Notes: generated by a model from the letters alone, not told the origin. A stretch of DNA of 64,000 nt from Klebsormidium nitens (GCA_000708835.1 DF237133.1:93215-157214); one strand, 5' to 3'; positions 1-14,300 are shown, counted from the stretch's first letter. A program made the numbers and translations.

Positions 1-436
1 ATCTTGCAGCACGGTCTGAGCGTCGGTCCGAGTGTTTTCAAGTCTGAGCTACACCCTTTATAGGACTGTAGTATTCTACACTACAAAGAAGGTATTATCC
101 GAAGGTCAAGGCTGCCGCTGCTGCTTTTGACGGGGCACTTTTCAGTCTTTAGAGACGTCATCAAGCCAGAAGACGCTTGGTATCACCAGATACTATACAG
201 GTAAAACTTGCAATCAAGCTGAAGTCATCGCTTTAAGAAACTCTAGCAAGCACACAAGCTTGTCAACGGAGACAACAAACTTATCCAACATATTCTGGCA
301 GCTCCTTTTGTCTCCGTCGACAATCAAACGTCAATGGCGATCGAAGGACCATCCAGAAAGTTCAACTTTCCATTGTAAACAAGCACCTCCGTGCCTATCG
401 TCCCCCCCAGAAGCCAGACCGTACTGATGCCCATCA

Positions 437-1686
437 TCATGGAACCAAATAAACCTCCCCGCTTGCCTCCGAACCGTTGCCTGCCCGCTCATCGATCCGC
501 GTGCACTCCTCCCAGGACGTCGCCCCTAGCTTAAGGGCCGTAAGGGTGTTCGTCGCTTGCGATGCAAGGTTGACACCGTTCACGAACTCAAGCAGGCCCA
601 GCCAGCCTGCCGCAAGGGCCGCCACATAAATGCTGACCGCGAGCCCAATCATTGAGTCTCGCGCGGAGTCAGATGCATAGCCTATCCCCATGCCCAACCA
701 CGTCACTATGTTAGCGACCACTAGGATCCCCCCGTACTGGGCATTATAATCTGCTGCGCTGGCAATCTTCTCAACGGCGGTTACGACGCTGTTCTTTGCA
801 GCTTCTCTCACTTCTTCTATCTGCGAGGAGCTCCAGGGCTCCTCATACAATATGGGTTTTTCGTCCAGGCTTCTGGGCTTGTCCTTGAAGGCCGCTTTGC
901 TCCCCCAGGGCTTCGGGCGGTCATTATCCCACTGCAGAAATGAGCCTGGGGGACCGTCGCCAAGGCTGTGGCAAATCATTCTGATGATACTCAAAGGCGG
1001 CGCAAGAGTACCACCGCGGGTTGATGATTCGTCAGGGAGCCAACACTGCGGTGCGTCAGCTTCTGGGCAGCTAAGAATGTACTGCATCCCGAGGTCGTCT
1101 CGGTACAATGCAGCATAAAAGATATACCCAAGGGCCGTAAGTATGGAGCTCAGAGGCACGAGGACCCCAGTCCACGCATATGTCGTCCGCCACCCAACGC
1201 TGTTGCCGCCATGGTTTTGACGCGGGAGCGCGGCAGCCACCCACAAAAACGCTGTCGTAACAAGCCAGGAGATGCCAACCAAAATCCCGCTCCGAATCAC
1301 TGCCCTCAGCTGAGGCCTCCCTGGCACCCCCGACGCGACAAAGTTGTACCGCACCTGGCCCACAGCGGCGCTGCACTTGTGCATGACTTTAGGTCCCGTT
1401 CGGCCGCGCAGCTCCACGCCGCCTTGTTTTTGCATAGGGACCGAACCCCGGTGTTTCACCGCTGCTCAAAGAAGTACCAGCACAGGTTGCTGTACACGTC
1501 GTCATGGTCCAGGATCGTGGCTTGGTCCGCCTTCTGGCGGGACGCCTGAAACAGGAACCAGGCGAGAATGTATGTGACAGGGGACGCGAATGCGAGCATC
1601 GTCAGCACAGTGCGCGGGCCCATACCATCGGGGCCCACGTCATCATTGGCGAATGGTGCATTTTCGCAGCTGCAGTTGGCAGCCAT
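437..1686 (-). CDS. Multi-pass (about 5 TM) membrane protein of unknown family, 2 exons (1686-1460, 1370-437), ~386 aa
   Basis: ORFs 1456..1686 and 437..1459 join in frame if an 89-nt GTGAAA...TGCAG intron (1459-1371, with a CTAAA branch-like motif) is removed. Five hydrophobic segments, e.g. TVLTMLAFASPVTYILAWFLF and MIGLAVSIYVAALAAGWLGLL. Confidence 0.6.
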
Positions 1687-3222
1687 GAGCTCCAGTGACT
1701 AGCTGCAGCTCTTTCAGCTGGTAGGATTAGATTGAGTCTGTGAATGGGCTACCGTGCCAGCTGTCTCAAGAGGGGCGCCCTGATGAGCGCACCCTTCAAC
1801 AAACTCCGAAACTTGAAAGCCGCCATCAGGCGCTAGGTCCCCCAATGAAACTTACTAGGGCAAACGAGGGGCGCATCACACAACGGAATCTGACATAAGC
1901 AGTAGGAGCACAGTCTGCATTTCCCAGCCATCCCGATCCTTCTCAGTCCACTTGCACCGGGTATTACTGATATGTGTACGGTCAGGTGCCGCCGGCAACT
2001 CTCCTAAGATACTTCTGCGCGCGGACCTTTTCTTCCTGAGTTTCGATCGTCCGATGACATCGCAAACTTCGGTCGGCCGTCCGATTTAGAAGCCTCTCGC
2101 GGGCCGCGGCCCAGCCGCGAGGGTCTGGGCCGCCGCCCGAATTCGGCCCGGCGGACTGCTGCCGCGAGTCCGGAGTAGACAGAAGTCAGCAAACTAATAG
2201 CACCAGGTAACACTGAAGCAGGTCCGGAATCGAAGAGCGGGTTGATAGGTTGATCAGGAGAGACGGCCGGCCTGTTTCGTCTTCCCGTATCGCTGCACTA
2301 CTGGCAGGATGAAAAGAAAGGACGCTCTGGTCGCAGCAGCTTTCTGATTCTCATAATGCATGTATACAGCTGGTGTTTGCGCCGAATTAGCTGGACCGAG
2401 TCTCTCTGATAATTGACCTAACGGGCGTTCGGTCAACCCCTGGTCAACCTCGTGGACTAGATATTTTTCGTGCGAGCAGCCATTGGCACGGAGTAGTAGG
2501 CTTGCTCTGATCATGCGGCTCGATCTAGCTAGCCAGATAAGTCTCCTTGAATCGGTTTAGATGCACACTTTCACTCTGTAATGGCGCTTCGCCATGCAGC
2601 CGCAATGGCCGCCGATATTGAACTAGGGTTCCTGGCAGAAGCCCAAGTAAAACGAACCACAGAGACCCGAGATGGTTCACTAAAAGCTTACTTTCACTCT
2701 GCAGTTCAAACGTTGTTATTCAAGATAGCGGACCTATTTGCAGAACTGTTTTAGTTTTCGAAAGGGCTGCTTGGTTGGATCGGCTGAGATGCGGTGTCTC
2801 GCCCTGCTCGTCACTTTTGAAGACTACAAGAAGCTGGAGAGGCATCTGTATTCCAAAGAATATGGAGGCAAGTTACGTGCCCACTATTTGGCGTCAGGTT
2901 TCCAGCCTTGGAATCAAAACCTACGTGTGAAGCAACGCAAACTGAAATTGAAAATTGTCAAATGCACAGGCAAAGTCAAAAGCACTTCGTGACATTTGAT
3001 TAAAAACGCGGCGCATCGGCACATAGCGGCGCTAGTCGCAGTTCGTCCACAGGCTGCAATCGTTTTTGTAGTCGATCGTTGCTCTGTCCTATTGATGGCA
3101 TGGGACTGGTTGCTAGCTTCTGTTCACAAAAGACTGGTCGCACTTTAAGAAAGAGCTCAACCTCGCACGCTTTCTCGTGTTCTCTTCAAATAGAGTCTAC
3201 TTGTCCTCCTAGATAAGGTTGT

Positions 3223-6200
3223 TTACTTGCACGGGTCCGGGCCGCTTGCGAGGAGGCTGGTCACGAGCCGGATGGCGCCCCCGCTTGTGTCGCTCGCGGT
3301 CAGCTGGCTGCCCGAGAAGCCAGCCGCGGCCACGATCTGACTGCGCGCGAGACAGAGAAGAGCGGCACGTCAGCAAATTTGGTCAGCGTATCCAGGTCTT
3401 TCTGACAAATTATGGTCGCGACCTGACTGCGGGGGCAGAAAAACGAGCGGCACTTCCGTTCCAATCCGATGAAAAGCCCACTTGCGGTGAAGGTTCGGTG
3501 CTTTAATCCCAGCTTTCAAAGACAGGAATGAGACACGGTTGCGGAAAAGTAGGATAATGGAAAGAGTAGAAGATGCACGTCGATCGTTACTAATCCTGTC
3601 TTCTTCCTGGCTTCCTCGGTAGGTAGAGCGTTTTTTTGACCAAAGCATCAGCATATGTGTTTCATGAGACCTGCTGGGCGAGACCTGGGTCTTTCTACAT
3701 GCTTAGAGGTATGTTATCCAGATAAAGCTTCACCCGAACAGATGGAGAAAAGTTCGACTCCCGAGGTCTTATCACCGAGACTCTCACTAACTCCTTCCGT
3801 GTTTTCCGGTGAGGGATCCTCATTATCCGTTTGGGCTCCTGTGTGTTACTCTTACCTGATGAGAACCTGCAGGTTCAAGGAGGCACTCATACTGAGGGTT
3901 CCCCCAGGCTGCGACACAGAGATGACGGTGATTAGTTATCCAGGAGAGACGGTGCTTCTGACGAGGCTCACTGCTCTAACATGGTGCAGAATCACGAGCA
4001 GTCTTTCCTGCTTTCGAACCCGAGTCTACTTCGCGAGAGTCCCGGAATGCAAATACAGAAGCAGTTTCTGACGCAAAGAGAACACAAGGACAGGGCCTAA
4101 AAGGTACGGACTGGGCGAAAGACGTTACGTTTGGGAGGAAGGTACCGATCAAACATGGAGTGCCAACGCTGAGGTTATTTAGCAATGATTCAGTCATAAG
4201 AAAGGCATCTTTGGAAAGAAAGGTCAAAGCTGCAGCTCACGTCAGCTCGTGACGGTGATTGCTTTGTACTTCGCTACAAGAAGCGCTTCCCTAGAAGGCA
4301 AATTCGAAATCAGATGCCCAGAAGTAGGAGCTTTTGAACGATAATTTTGGCTGCTTGCCCGGGCTCTGGATTCGACGGGCGGCTTTGCGTCTAAAATCTA
4401 TTGACCAAGTTGAAAAAGGATGGTGCCGGGCATTGAAAATTCTTGCGCTCAGAATTCAACATCGATCTGCATAGCATTTGACCTTCCCTTACCAGGGCCT
4501 TAAAGTTGCCGGTGACGGGCAGGCTGGGTGGGTTGCTGAAGGAGAACTGCTTGTTACTGAAGTCAAGAGGCCTCCCCGTCAGGGTTCCGTTCACACGGCC
4601 GATGAAGAGGGTTCCGTTGGATATTTCGACGGAATAGCTGCCGTCCGTCTGGTTGACGGGAAACGGCGGAGCTGCAGAAGGAGGAAGAAGCCAATATGGA
4701 GAGCAACACTTTGCTGATCCATTCCATGGCCAATCGTATGATGATCCCTCAGGGCGTTCGAATCAGGGGCTGCGGGGTGGCCATTTAGAAGAGCCCACGT
4801 GGCGTTCTCGCCGAGCCAGAACGATCGAACACGGACAACGATAGAGCATTTGTGGGCACTTCTGACACAAAGCTAGCAGCAATCATTCACAGGAAGCGTA
4901 GTCGAGACAGTCGTGGCGGCTCAAAGGTGAAGATAGCGAGACAAGGAAAGTACACGCCGCGCGGAAAGATGAGCCTGCAATCGTACGGGAAACGCAAGCA
5001 GCCACTAGGAGAGAGGACCAGGAACGAGAAGAATGAAAAGGCGAAGACTGGGCCAGCTAAAACGACGGTCAAGAAGAAAAACCGGAGCAGGAAAAAGAAG
5101 AAAAAGGGAAGACAACTCAGAAGAAAAGAACAAACCGAAAAGAGAGTAGGAACCCGAAACGTACTCGTCACGCTGAGGACTATGTTGGTGATGGTCACCG
5201 CTCCCGCAAATCCGCGGGAAGTGTTGGCCGACACAGTGTAGACCGCGGGGGTGGAGGTAATGCTTGTGTTGGCGATTGCCACCTGTCATCGGACACATGT
5301 CAGCGGCGCGCTTCTTTGTACGCTTACCGGATTGCATCATTTGTCTTCCTCGATCTCGAAGATAACCAAACAGCTTTCTGCAAACGGTCACGAAATAAGA
5401 CTTCCATCAAAAGTACGAGGGTTTTACTTTACGAAGCTTTTGAACTTCGGCTTTCCGTGATCAGATTGAGGCGAGTTCAGTCATAGGTAGACGTCCAGAG
5501 GAAAAGGTCCTTCCTGTATGAAACCTGGACACATGGTTGGGAAGTTGGGATTTGACGGGGCAGGTCTCTTGTATTCTGAAGTCCTCTCTGCCTTCCTCGA
5601 GTCTTTCCAAAAGAAAAACGTACAGATACTCAAGATGAGGCAGTGGGCGATTGAATGAGTATTTAGTGACGGCAGGCTTACGTTTGAGGGCAGTCCCGCT
5701 GATCCGCATGAGATGACGTTGGCATCAATCGTACCTGGAAATATGGTTTGTCGTAGTTCAAGCTCTCTGAATTATGTCACCGCTTTCTCATGTACAAGGA
5801 TACTGACTGATCCGCGTCACACGTCGTAAGCGGCAAAATCTGGGCTTCTCCTGTTGAGATTTTTCAAGCGTCGAACGAACAAGCCCTGGATCGGTGAAGC
5901 CGGCAGACATTACCATTAATGGTGGCAGGTTCCAATAAACCAGAAGCTGAAGATGTTTATGAAGGCGTTTGCCATCGGTACTTGCGATTGCTTCAGTTTG
6001 GAAGCGCTTCTTGGTGTTTCAGTAATAGATCTACACAAGGAGCTGGCTAATTCGACAATGTCAAGAGATGCAAAATCTGCGGACACTTCAGGTCCGCGGC
6101 TGAGCAAGTGAACACCAGTTTACGTCATGAAACTGTTGATACTATCAGACCTGTATGGGTCCTTTTGAAGAAGAAATTACTAAAAGATATTGCCTCTTTC

Positions 6201-6678
6201 TTGGCCTGCCCCTTGATGAACAATTTTCACAAAAGGCACTCTACTAAAACCTCTACATGATTCTGAGAATTCATAACAGTAGCTGTTCATGCTTCGTGTG
6301 ATTCCAGACACAGGTGGCATCAGACAAAGGTGTTCGCAACTTCTTTGACTCATCTTGAAAAACTTATAAGCTAAGACCTCGTTAGACACGGGAATTTGGC
6401 GGGACACGGAAACGAAATATGATCAAGAGGGTCCTTCAGGCCCCACAGTCCACTGATCTTTGTCAAAGCAAGAGCTGGTCCTTGAGCCCACCTGAAGTCG
6501 CCGTCTGGGGGGGGTTGAAGGTCAGGCCAAACCCCGTTGCACCACCCCCCTCCCGGGGTGTCACGAACGAGTCCGGGAACGAGATGCTCAGCGTGGTTGG
6601 CCCCTGGGCTGACACGTGGCACAGGCTCAGCAGGCAGAAGAGAACCACAACCTGCAAGAAGACGCTGCGAGCAGCCAT
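3223..6678 (-). CDS. Secreted Ser/Thr/Gly-rich, beta-strand-like protein of unknown family, ~266 aa, 8 inferred exons (6678-6492, 5850-5821, 5734-5682, 5282-5165, 4861-4799, 4671-4493, 3908-3856, 3340-3223)
   Basis: Signal peptide MAARSVFLQVVVLFCLLSLCHVSA/QG. All exons have GT-AG ends and compatible phases. Five N-glycosylation sequons (NTS x2, NQT, NGT x2). The small exons and the 3' end are my best-fit choices. Confidence 0.55.
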
Positions 6679-8341
6679 TGTTGGTGGGCTTTCAGGAGAT
6701 GAATAGCTGAGCCTTTGAATTGTGCGCTCTCGTATATTCCCTCTTTTCTCAGATTGCTTCCTTTGAGGGCAGAAATATTTGCACTCGTGGATTGCAGGTA
6801 AACGGAGCCGGAGAGAGGAGATTTCTGGAGAGCCTGTCAACCAGCTTCTCGAAGGGGCTCCTCGATTGCTTCTTTTACTAAGTTTGACGCTATGGTGAGA
6901 TAGTCCAAGCCTTGCAGACTTCAGATTATGACCAACTGATCATCAGTTCTGTCGGCCAGAATACCTCCACTGGTCATGACAGAGCTACTACAGTAGCTAG
7001 CTCTGGAGGTCGATGATGCAGCGCAGTCGATGTTCATGCACAAGTTTGTCAGACGGTCCCCCACACTGGTTTGCTCGCTATGTCAGAGGGCTTCCTTGAC
7101 TCTGTGCGGCGAAGGAGCGTCTATCGTCCAACTTGCATGGGCCCAGTCAAGTTGCCAGCTGGCAGCCTGCAGCCACTGCTTATGTCTGAAAACAGGCTCC
7201 TCATCACGAAGGGCTCTACATTAATATGCTAGTACCGTACGGAACCAATACGTCAATCTGACGAGTCAGAGGCTATTGAGATCCAGCAATCGGCTGGTCA
7301 AGATCGAATCATTAGCTTGATCAGTGGAACAGCTGGTTGCTTACAAAAGAAGTAACAGCAGAAGCCAAGAAGCCCTTGCCTTTGGGGCACTGCAGCACCG
7401 ATCCACCGAGTCTGGCTACCAGCTGCGAGCGTGCTGCGAGCACGTGCATGCTCAGCTGCTCAGCGTTTGTACGTCAATTTGAGCTTACGTAGACTACGTC
7501 TTCCAAATAGTGTGCCGGGCCTGAAGTCAGCTTGTGAAGCTCGTGTCGAAATTGGCGCATCACCGCTGCTTCGTGAGCTGCTTGTGGGCTGATTAGGGAG
7601 CGGCACGCAGGAGAGAGCGGCTGACGCATTGTGGCAAGCAGTGAGTCGACCGGACGCAAGAGCCTTACACAATATTAAACGATAAGGCTGTGCTTCTGCC
7701 GCCTTTTCAGCGCAGAAGGGGCGTCTTTCTCCTATCAGCGGACGGAGCTGGTCACGCGGGCGCGGCTTGCGAACATTGGCGGCCGCGCTGAACCAGTACG
7801 GCGCAGGGTTTGGGTCCGTAACTAATCCTCGGGGGTTTTGAGCGGTTTGCCACATGCCAAATATTGCACACGACACGGACCGTTGATGCCGCCCGAAGTT
7901 GCTCGCAATATATTCATCGCAGCCGTTGAAAAACCTGTTGTCTGGAGTGCCGTCCCGGCGTACCGTCTCCTTTTTTCTTTCACACCGAACCTTCTTGTGT
8001 CTGTTGGAGAAATATCTGAGATTGACCAGTGTCATTGACGTCGTATGGACGCTCTTCAGTCGTTATGCTTCTTGCACCGACGATGATGAAGCGTTCCAAT
8101 CGAACGGTTCACACATTCCCGCACCTAACTGCAGGACACCTGAGGTCCTGAGTCAGCTGTGGCTGCTTCGTAGCCAGCACAGTTCGTGCTCAGTCAGCTA
8201 GACAGAGTGCTGAAAAGGCTGACGCATTCACTTTCTCAGCAGCGCCCCCATTCTCTCGTTGAGAGGAGCAGTCTTTCTCATTCTATCCCTTCATTCTACG
8301 GAACACCCCTCATTTCTTCAGCGCACTGACCTGTCAACAAA

Positions 8342-11300
8342 ATGGCCAGTGTTCGGGTCCTGCTTCTTCTGCTGGCAGCCGCCTCTGCCGTGCAGCTGTC
8401 AATCGGTGCAGCGGCTGAAGCGGCAGCTGTACCAACTCTGGGACTTGACAATGGACTGGGCGGAAGGCCTCCAATGGGGTAAGATCAAAGTTGGGAGGGT
8501 TTATGTTGCCAGCAGCCTGCTTGCCGGTCTGTGCCATTGACTTTGACCATATCTTGCTTCTGTTTTCTCAACGATTGTGTCAGCCATTGTGTTCTGAAAA
8601 CTTCCTTGAGGTTTACCGTCGCTTCAACTTCTTCCTCATTTGATTGGTGCCTTAGAAGTATCCTTTCATGGACAACTTGAGCTCAATGTTTTTGACAAGA
8701 TTGAGCATGATTTGATTATTATGGTTAAAAGATTGAAGGTTTTGTCTATCATGTTACGCACTTCATTTTCTAGCAAGGAAGTCTTTCATATTGCTATGTG
8801 TGGAGTTGCTTTCCATCATTGCAATTATGAGGGCAGGGACTGCCCTGGATGCAATTGTTTCTTATGATTCAACTACGTTGATGATGGGCTCTTGTTTTCA
8901 TGTATCTATGAACGTCCTCTGTGTTCATAGATATGAACAATCAAATTGTCATATGAAGGCTCAAAGGGGGTGGTTACGAGGGTGGTTACAAGTTACACCA
9001 GATTTTCCTCGTTACATTCTACAAGGGAAGCCTTCTTGCTGTCTCTTTCTCCAATTGGTTCCAAAGGGAGCAATTTCCCAAAGGGAGAGTCTCATGGTCG
9101 TCTCCTTCATCCATTGGTCTTCCAGCAATTCAGCTACTGAAACCAATGTGTCCCAATACTGTCATCTTTTGGGTCAACTTGCACTCATTGGAACCTTTCT
9201 TTGCAGGTGGAACAGCTGGAACCACTTTGCTTGCAACATCAGCGAAGACCTCATCCGCGACACGAGTAAGTGACCTGGACACTCAATCAAGTACAGTAAA
9301 CTTGGAGGCGCCGTTGGTCATTGATATCTCGCTGTCAATCCTCACGATTTTGATTTCCCCTGTCCATATCGTATTTCCAGTGTTTGTGTTCCAGTCTCGC
9401 AGCCTCTCACTTCCTGTGTTCTGCATCCTTTCTCGAAACCCACAATCTCACCAATAGTCCTTTCTTAACATCCTCGGTCGAATTCTTTTGCAGTTGATTC
9501 CCTGGTGGAGACGGGGCTGGCGGAAATTGGCTACAATTACGTCAACATAGGTAAGGCAGTTCCTCACAGACAAGCTTCTGATGTACAGCTCAATCGCCAG
9601 GAGATGAGCTTGGAAGTTGAGCAAAGCTTTGCGGAGAAGCTTTGAGCTCCAGAAACTTATCGCCACCACAGCAACTTTCAGGCAAAGCTTATACAAGCAG
9701 GTGCCAGAGTGCCTCATTTTCCGGTTGCCAACGTTTGCTGACTTGAAAAGTCTGTCTGTCCTGCAGATGATTGCTGGCAGGCCAAGGCAAGAGACAGCAA
9801 GGTCAGTCCTCCTTGCTCTTTCACATACTATACCTGGACATTTTTCTGACCTCAGAACAGTTCCCGATTTCCCGAACGCATTTACGTTGCTTCAAGGGAT
9901 TTGTGCTACCTCAACCCTCCTTGTCATTGTTGCTTGGTCTGGCAAAGCATAGGTAATCGCATCACTTACTTCGAGGGTGACAGAAAAGGGGGGTGTCAGG
10001 ACTGGCTGCTGTCAGATCTCCTTTTTCATAAGTGCAGCATCTCAGTCTGCTCGAATTCAAATAGTGATAAGCTGGCGGTCCTTCTTTTCACAAAAGATTA
10101 TTTCAAGGGTTCCCAATGTGAGCCAAGACAGCCCATCAGAACACCCGTTGTACTTGGCTGCTCAGAACAATATGGACTCTTTCCTTGACCAGTCCTGAAC
10201 TTCCATTGCGCTATGGTGAACAACCCAAGTCGACAATCCGTACTTACAGGGCAACGTTTGACCCATTGCACTGCCTCTGTTTGATCACTCGACACGAATT
10301 GCCACACTGTCTTCAGAGTCCGACCTCTGGCAATGTTGGGGATCGCCTTCAAAAAAGGTTCCCTCGTGTTAGCCAAACTACTTCTCGAGACTTCCTAATA
10401 TAACACCCTGGTCTCAATTGGCTCTGCTTTCTCGTCCCACAGGGCAACCTGGTTGCGGACCCGGAGACGTTCCCTAGCGGCATCAAGGCCCTTTCCGACT
10501 ACGCCCACTCCAAGGGGCTCAAGCTGGGAGTCTACTCCGATGCTGGGTGAGAACCGCGGTCCAAATCGCCCATTATCGAAATCAATTCTCTTTGTGGAGC
10601 TTTGCTCGACCTGTTGTCAAGCGTTTTTGAAGTGTCCGTGGAGTGCATACCAACTGTTCGGTTTACTGTTTCTTTTGTAAGTGCAGAAGAAGAGCTCCAG
10701 GTTATGATCGGATCGATTTCCGAAAGAAGCTTTTGAATTTTGTGATTCTGAAATTGCATCAAACAGGATTGAACATTGTTAGAAACCGTCTCCAAAAGGC
10801 CTGTTCGGTCTTTATTTCCAACAGTTTCAGTGAAAGCCTGTGGGTTTGGTCCTTACGGACAATCGCAGTATAACATGAATTAGCAGAGAGCGCTATGTTT
10901 TCTGCCATCCCAGCACTTGGCTCAACGACGAAAGCTTGCCTATTTATGAAGGAAAGCACGCCTGGCTCTTGTTCTCAGGTACTACACGTGCCAGAGGCGG
11001 CCTGGGTCGCTTGGTTTTGAGATGCAGGACGCTGTTAAGTTCGCTGAGTGGGTAAGCCATTGCGCACTTTCGTAGACTTTTAAGGACTTCGGATGGTCTC
11101 GAGTGGACGTAGAAGGGTTAGGCGAATCCAGAAGTGACCAATTCCGTTGGGGCTGCCCTGGAAGACGGTCTCGGTCCTCCTGGGAAGCGTTTTCCTTTAT
11201 AGGCTTTCGTTATAATGTCACGCAGTTGTCTCGACGAACGTCATCTGCTTGACAATGCGCGGCCGCTTGACTTGGCGCAGGCGTAGCCGTGCGAAACGTT

Positions 11301-14300
11301 GTTGTTCCATCCTCAAAATTTCGCAATTCTTTCCTGCATGGCGCTGGCGAATATTTGTTTCTGCTTGTTGTTTTGAATTTCCTTTTGAACACTAGAAGGG
11401 GTGAGCAAGGTGGGGATAATTAAAAGCTCGCAATCGCCACGTACATATCACAGACTCCCGTAAGATGCCGTACAACGCCTGACGTTGACTCCCGCTCCGT
11501 TCTGCCTTGTTCAGGAAGTCGACTACCTCAAGTATGACAACTGCTTCAACGACCTGTCGAAGCCCGAGCTCAGGTACAGCCCACATTTTCCAACCTCAAG
11601 GCTGCTCGTCGAAATGTCTAAGAGCCCTTTGTCTAGTAAAAGCGGGCAGCATTGTTACTAAATACGATTGCATCACCAACGAGCATGACGTTACATTGAG
11701 CTAGTTGTGACGTGATTACTGTTTTCTTGCAGGTATCCAGTGATGCGGGATGCGCTCCTCAGCGTGGACAGGGCCATCTTCTTCTCCATGTGCGAGTGGT
11801 AAGATTCACTTGACCAATTTCTTCTTGACTTTCTGGCGCAAAGTTGACCTTTCACACTTGCAAAAACGTGCCTCGGTGCCCTGTTCAATGCAATTTGATC
11901 GCTTTTCCCTACCGATCGTCTGGTTCGGACTGTGCCTGGAGGGATCGAGAGCAACACAAGTGTAAGCGTTCCTGTTTGTCACATCTCGACAGATGCAGAG
12001 TGCGCGGACTTGGAGGTTGTGACAACTGGTAATGTGGTCTGTTGTGTCGCTTTGGAATATTTCCAATACTGAATTGCTTTCGACCTTGCGCAGGGGGGTC
12101 GACCAGCCTGCCACGTGGGCCTCCAAGGTGGGCAACAGCTGGCGGACGACGGGAGACATCCGGGACTCGTGGTACAGGTATGTGGCCGACAATGGTTGTC
12201 GAGTCTGGGTTGGTTAATGTTGTTTGAGGTCACATTCCTTTGCTTGCTAGCGCCATCGGGCCACTCTTTCTGAGGGAAGTCATTGTGTCTGCGCTTGTCT
12301 CCAGTCGACGAAGATCCGCAACGGCATCGTTCGCCATCAAGCTTGCAGGTTGCATTGGACTTCTGGAAAGCGTACCAAACCACTAGTATCTGCACGTAAG
12401 CAAGTGCTTTTCCGTGTGTGGTAACCGGTTCAACTGTCCATCTCTTCATGACTTGATACTCTCTGCCGGTGCAGCATGGTCGCCATCACGGACCAGAACG
12501 AGCCCTGGTGGCCCTATGCCGGCCCCGGCGGCTGGAACGGTGAGCGCCATCTGCTAAGCATGCCTCGTCACCTTTCTTTGTCGCCTTGAGCCTGATTGAA
12601 GCGGCCGCTGTTCTGAGAGTTGGAGTGATTGGGCGGCTGAAGATCTGCCATGCACCTTTTGACAAGCCTAGCCGTGCGTATTTGTTAAGTCAGAGAGGAA
12701 GCTTCGCAGTCTGGACGAGAATTTGTAGAGAAGCTAGGATTTGACCAGCTGGTTGCAATTGATTGAATACTTCTCGCTCTTTCACAAGATCCAAACAAAC
12801 GGATTGGCTTCTTTTTGCCGGCTACTTATGAGATCAGTAAAAATTCGACTTCTCTTGCTTACGAATCCGATTGAACAAGTCACTGGGTTCCAGCTTGCGA
12901 CCAGCAAGCTTTTGTCTGCCCAGTTTTGTGTCTCTTTTAGCAAGCCTGACCCCCTTGGTGGCTTGTTCCTTTCTACCCCTCCCTTAAGTGCTGTTTGAGT
13001 CTATTGTCCACGATACGCTTTGGTGGTCCATTCGCTTATGGGCCTTTCGTTTGCAGACCCCGACATGCTGGAGGTGGGTAACGGGGGCATGACCACTGCC
13101 GAGTACCGCGCGCACTTCAGCCTCTGGGCGCTTATGAAGGTACGTACCGTCAAAGCCTACATCCCCTGCATACACATACTTTTGAATCTATACCCCTGCG
13201 TACCATGAAACTCATGTTCCTGCACCCCTGGTGCCTCTTTGGAGAAACAGAAAGGAAGTATAACCAGATAATTCAACATACCGCGTTTCCGCCTCTAGGA
13301 GTCTCTGGAAAGTACGAAGTACTGGAGCTCTGAATGCGAGGACGTTTTTCTGTGCAGAGCCCGCTCCTTATTGGGTGTGACATCACAAACATGACCGAGG
13401 ACACCAAGAGCATCCTCATGAACAAGGAGGTCATCGACATCAACCAAGGTGCGTGCCCGTTTGCTTCGATGCTCCAGTCCCCTAACGGTCCAGGCATGCA
13501 TCCCGCCCTGAATCGTGAAGCTGCGTCTCACCTAGGTTCCTTTGGTTGGAAGTTCTGTCGAGGGCTAGCGCCAGAATTTTCAGGGGTTCCTGTGACTAAA
13601 AGGTCGTCCTCTGGGTGGAACAGTCAAACACGCTTCTCATCGAACAGTTCGACTTGCGCTCCTCATCCGTCCCTTCCATTTGCACATTAACCCACTGAAG
13701 CGATGTCGTTCCATAGTGTGAGTCTGGCTCCAACCTTCGCGCCAGCAAGGCTTGCCTCGGACCTTCTCCGGGGTCAACCATATCTTGCATAACGAGCCGA
13801 CACCCATCCTTCTCACTCACAAGGAACACGACCCAGCAGCCAAGAACCGCCCCATCTTCTGTGCTTCCGTTTCGCCGAATTCCGCTGACTCGTTCCGCTC
13901 CCCCTCCCCCCGCCGCAGACTCGCTGGGCGTGCAGGGCCACCGCGTGCTCAAGTCCGGCTCGGGGGGGCTCCTCGAAGTGTGGGCGGGCCCCCTGTCGGG
14001 AAACCGGACGGTGGTGGCGCTCTGGAACCGGGGCGTGTGGGGGGCCACCATTTCCGCGGACCTCGAGCTGCTGGGCTTCGAAGCGGGGTCGGAGCTGACC
14101 GCACGGGACGTGTGGAAGGTGAGGGGAATTGCTTTGGAATCCTTGTCTTATTCCGCATCGATTGCAAAGGCTGAGAATCCAACTCTCGCATTGGTTGCAA
14201 AGGCTGGGACATCACCGCCGTAGCTAACAGCTAAGACGAAGCCTGGTTTCAAATGTCGTCCCTTGGTTGCCTCGGAACCGAGCACGGCCATACTGGCGTT

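Noticed and set aside
1456-1468. Programmed frameshift or pseudogene at the GTGA overlap of two ORFs
   Set aside because: A canonical 89-nt GT-AG intron restores the frame, and there is no slippery heptamer.
3330-3430. CGCAGTCAG acceptor-like motif repeated upstream of the last exon of the secreted gene
   Set aside because: Only 9 nt match, too short to count as an exon echo.
3936-3938. In-frame TAA suggesting the secreted gene is a pseudogene
   Set aside because: It falls in an intron end (CTAAT branch ... GTCGCAG acceptor at 3909).
5328-5377. 50-nt AG...GTAAGC pseudo-exon containing TGA (possible readthrough or selenocysteine)
   Set aside because: Flanking exons join in phase without it, and I saw no SECIS-like evidence.
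7488-7630. Short minus-strand ORF ending at a GTAAGC donor
   Set aside because: No compatible downstream exon or recognisable motif; may be a 5' UTR exon.
8540-9180. Low-GC segment in AGAL intron 1 with a PPT-like AAAGGGGGTG and an 11-bp hairpin (~8905-8935)
   Set aside because: No gag/pol similarity or LTR pair recognisable, and the hairpin is too short to call.
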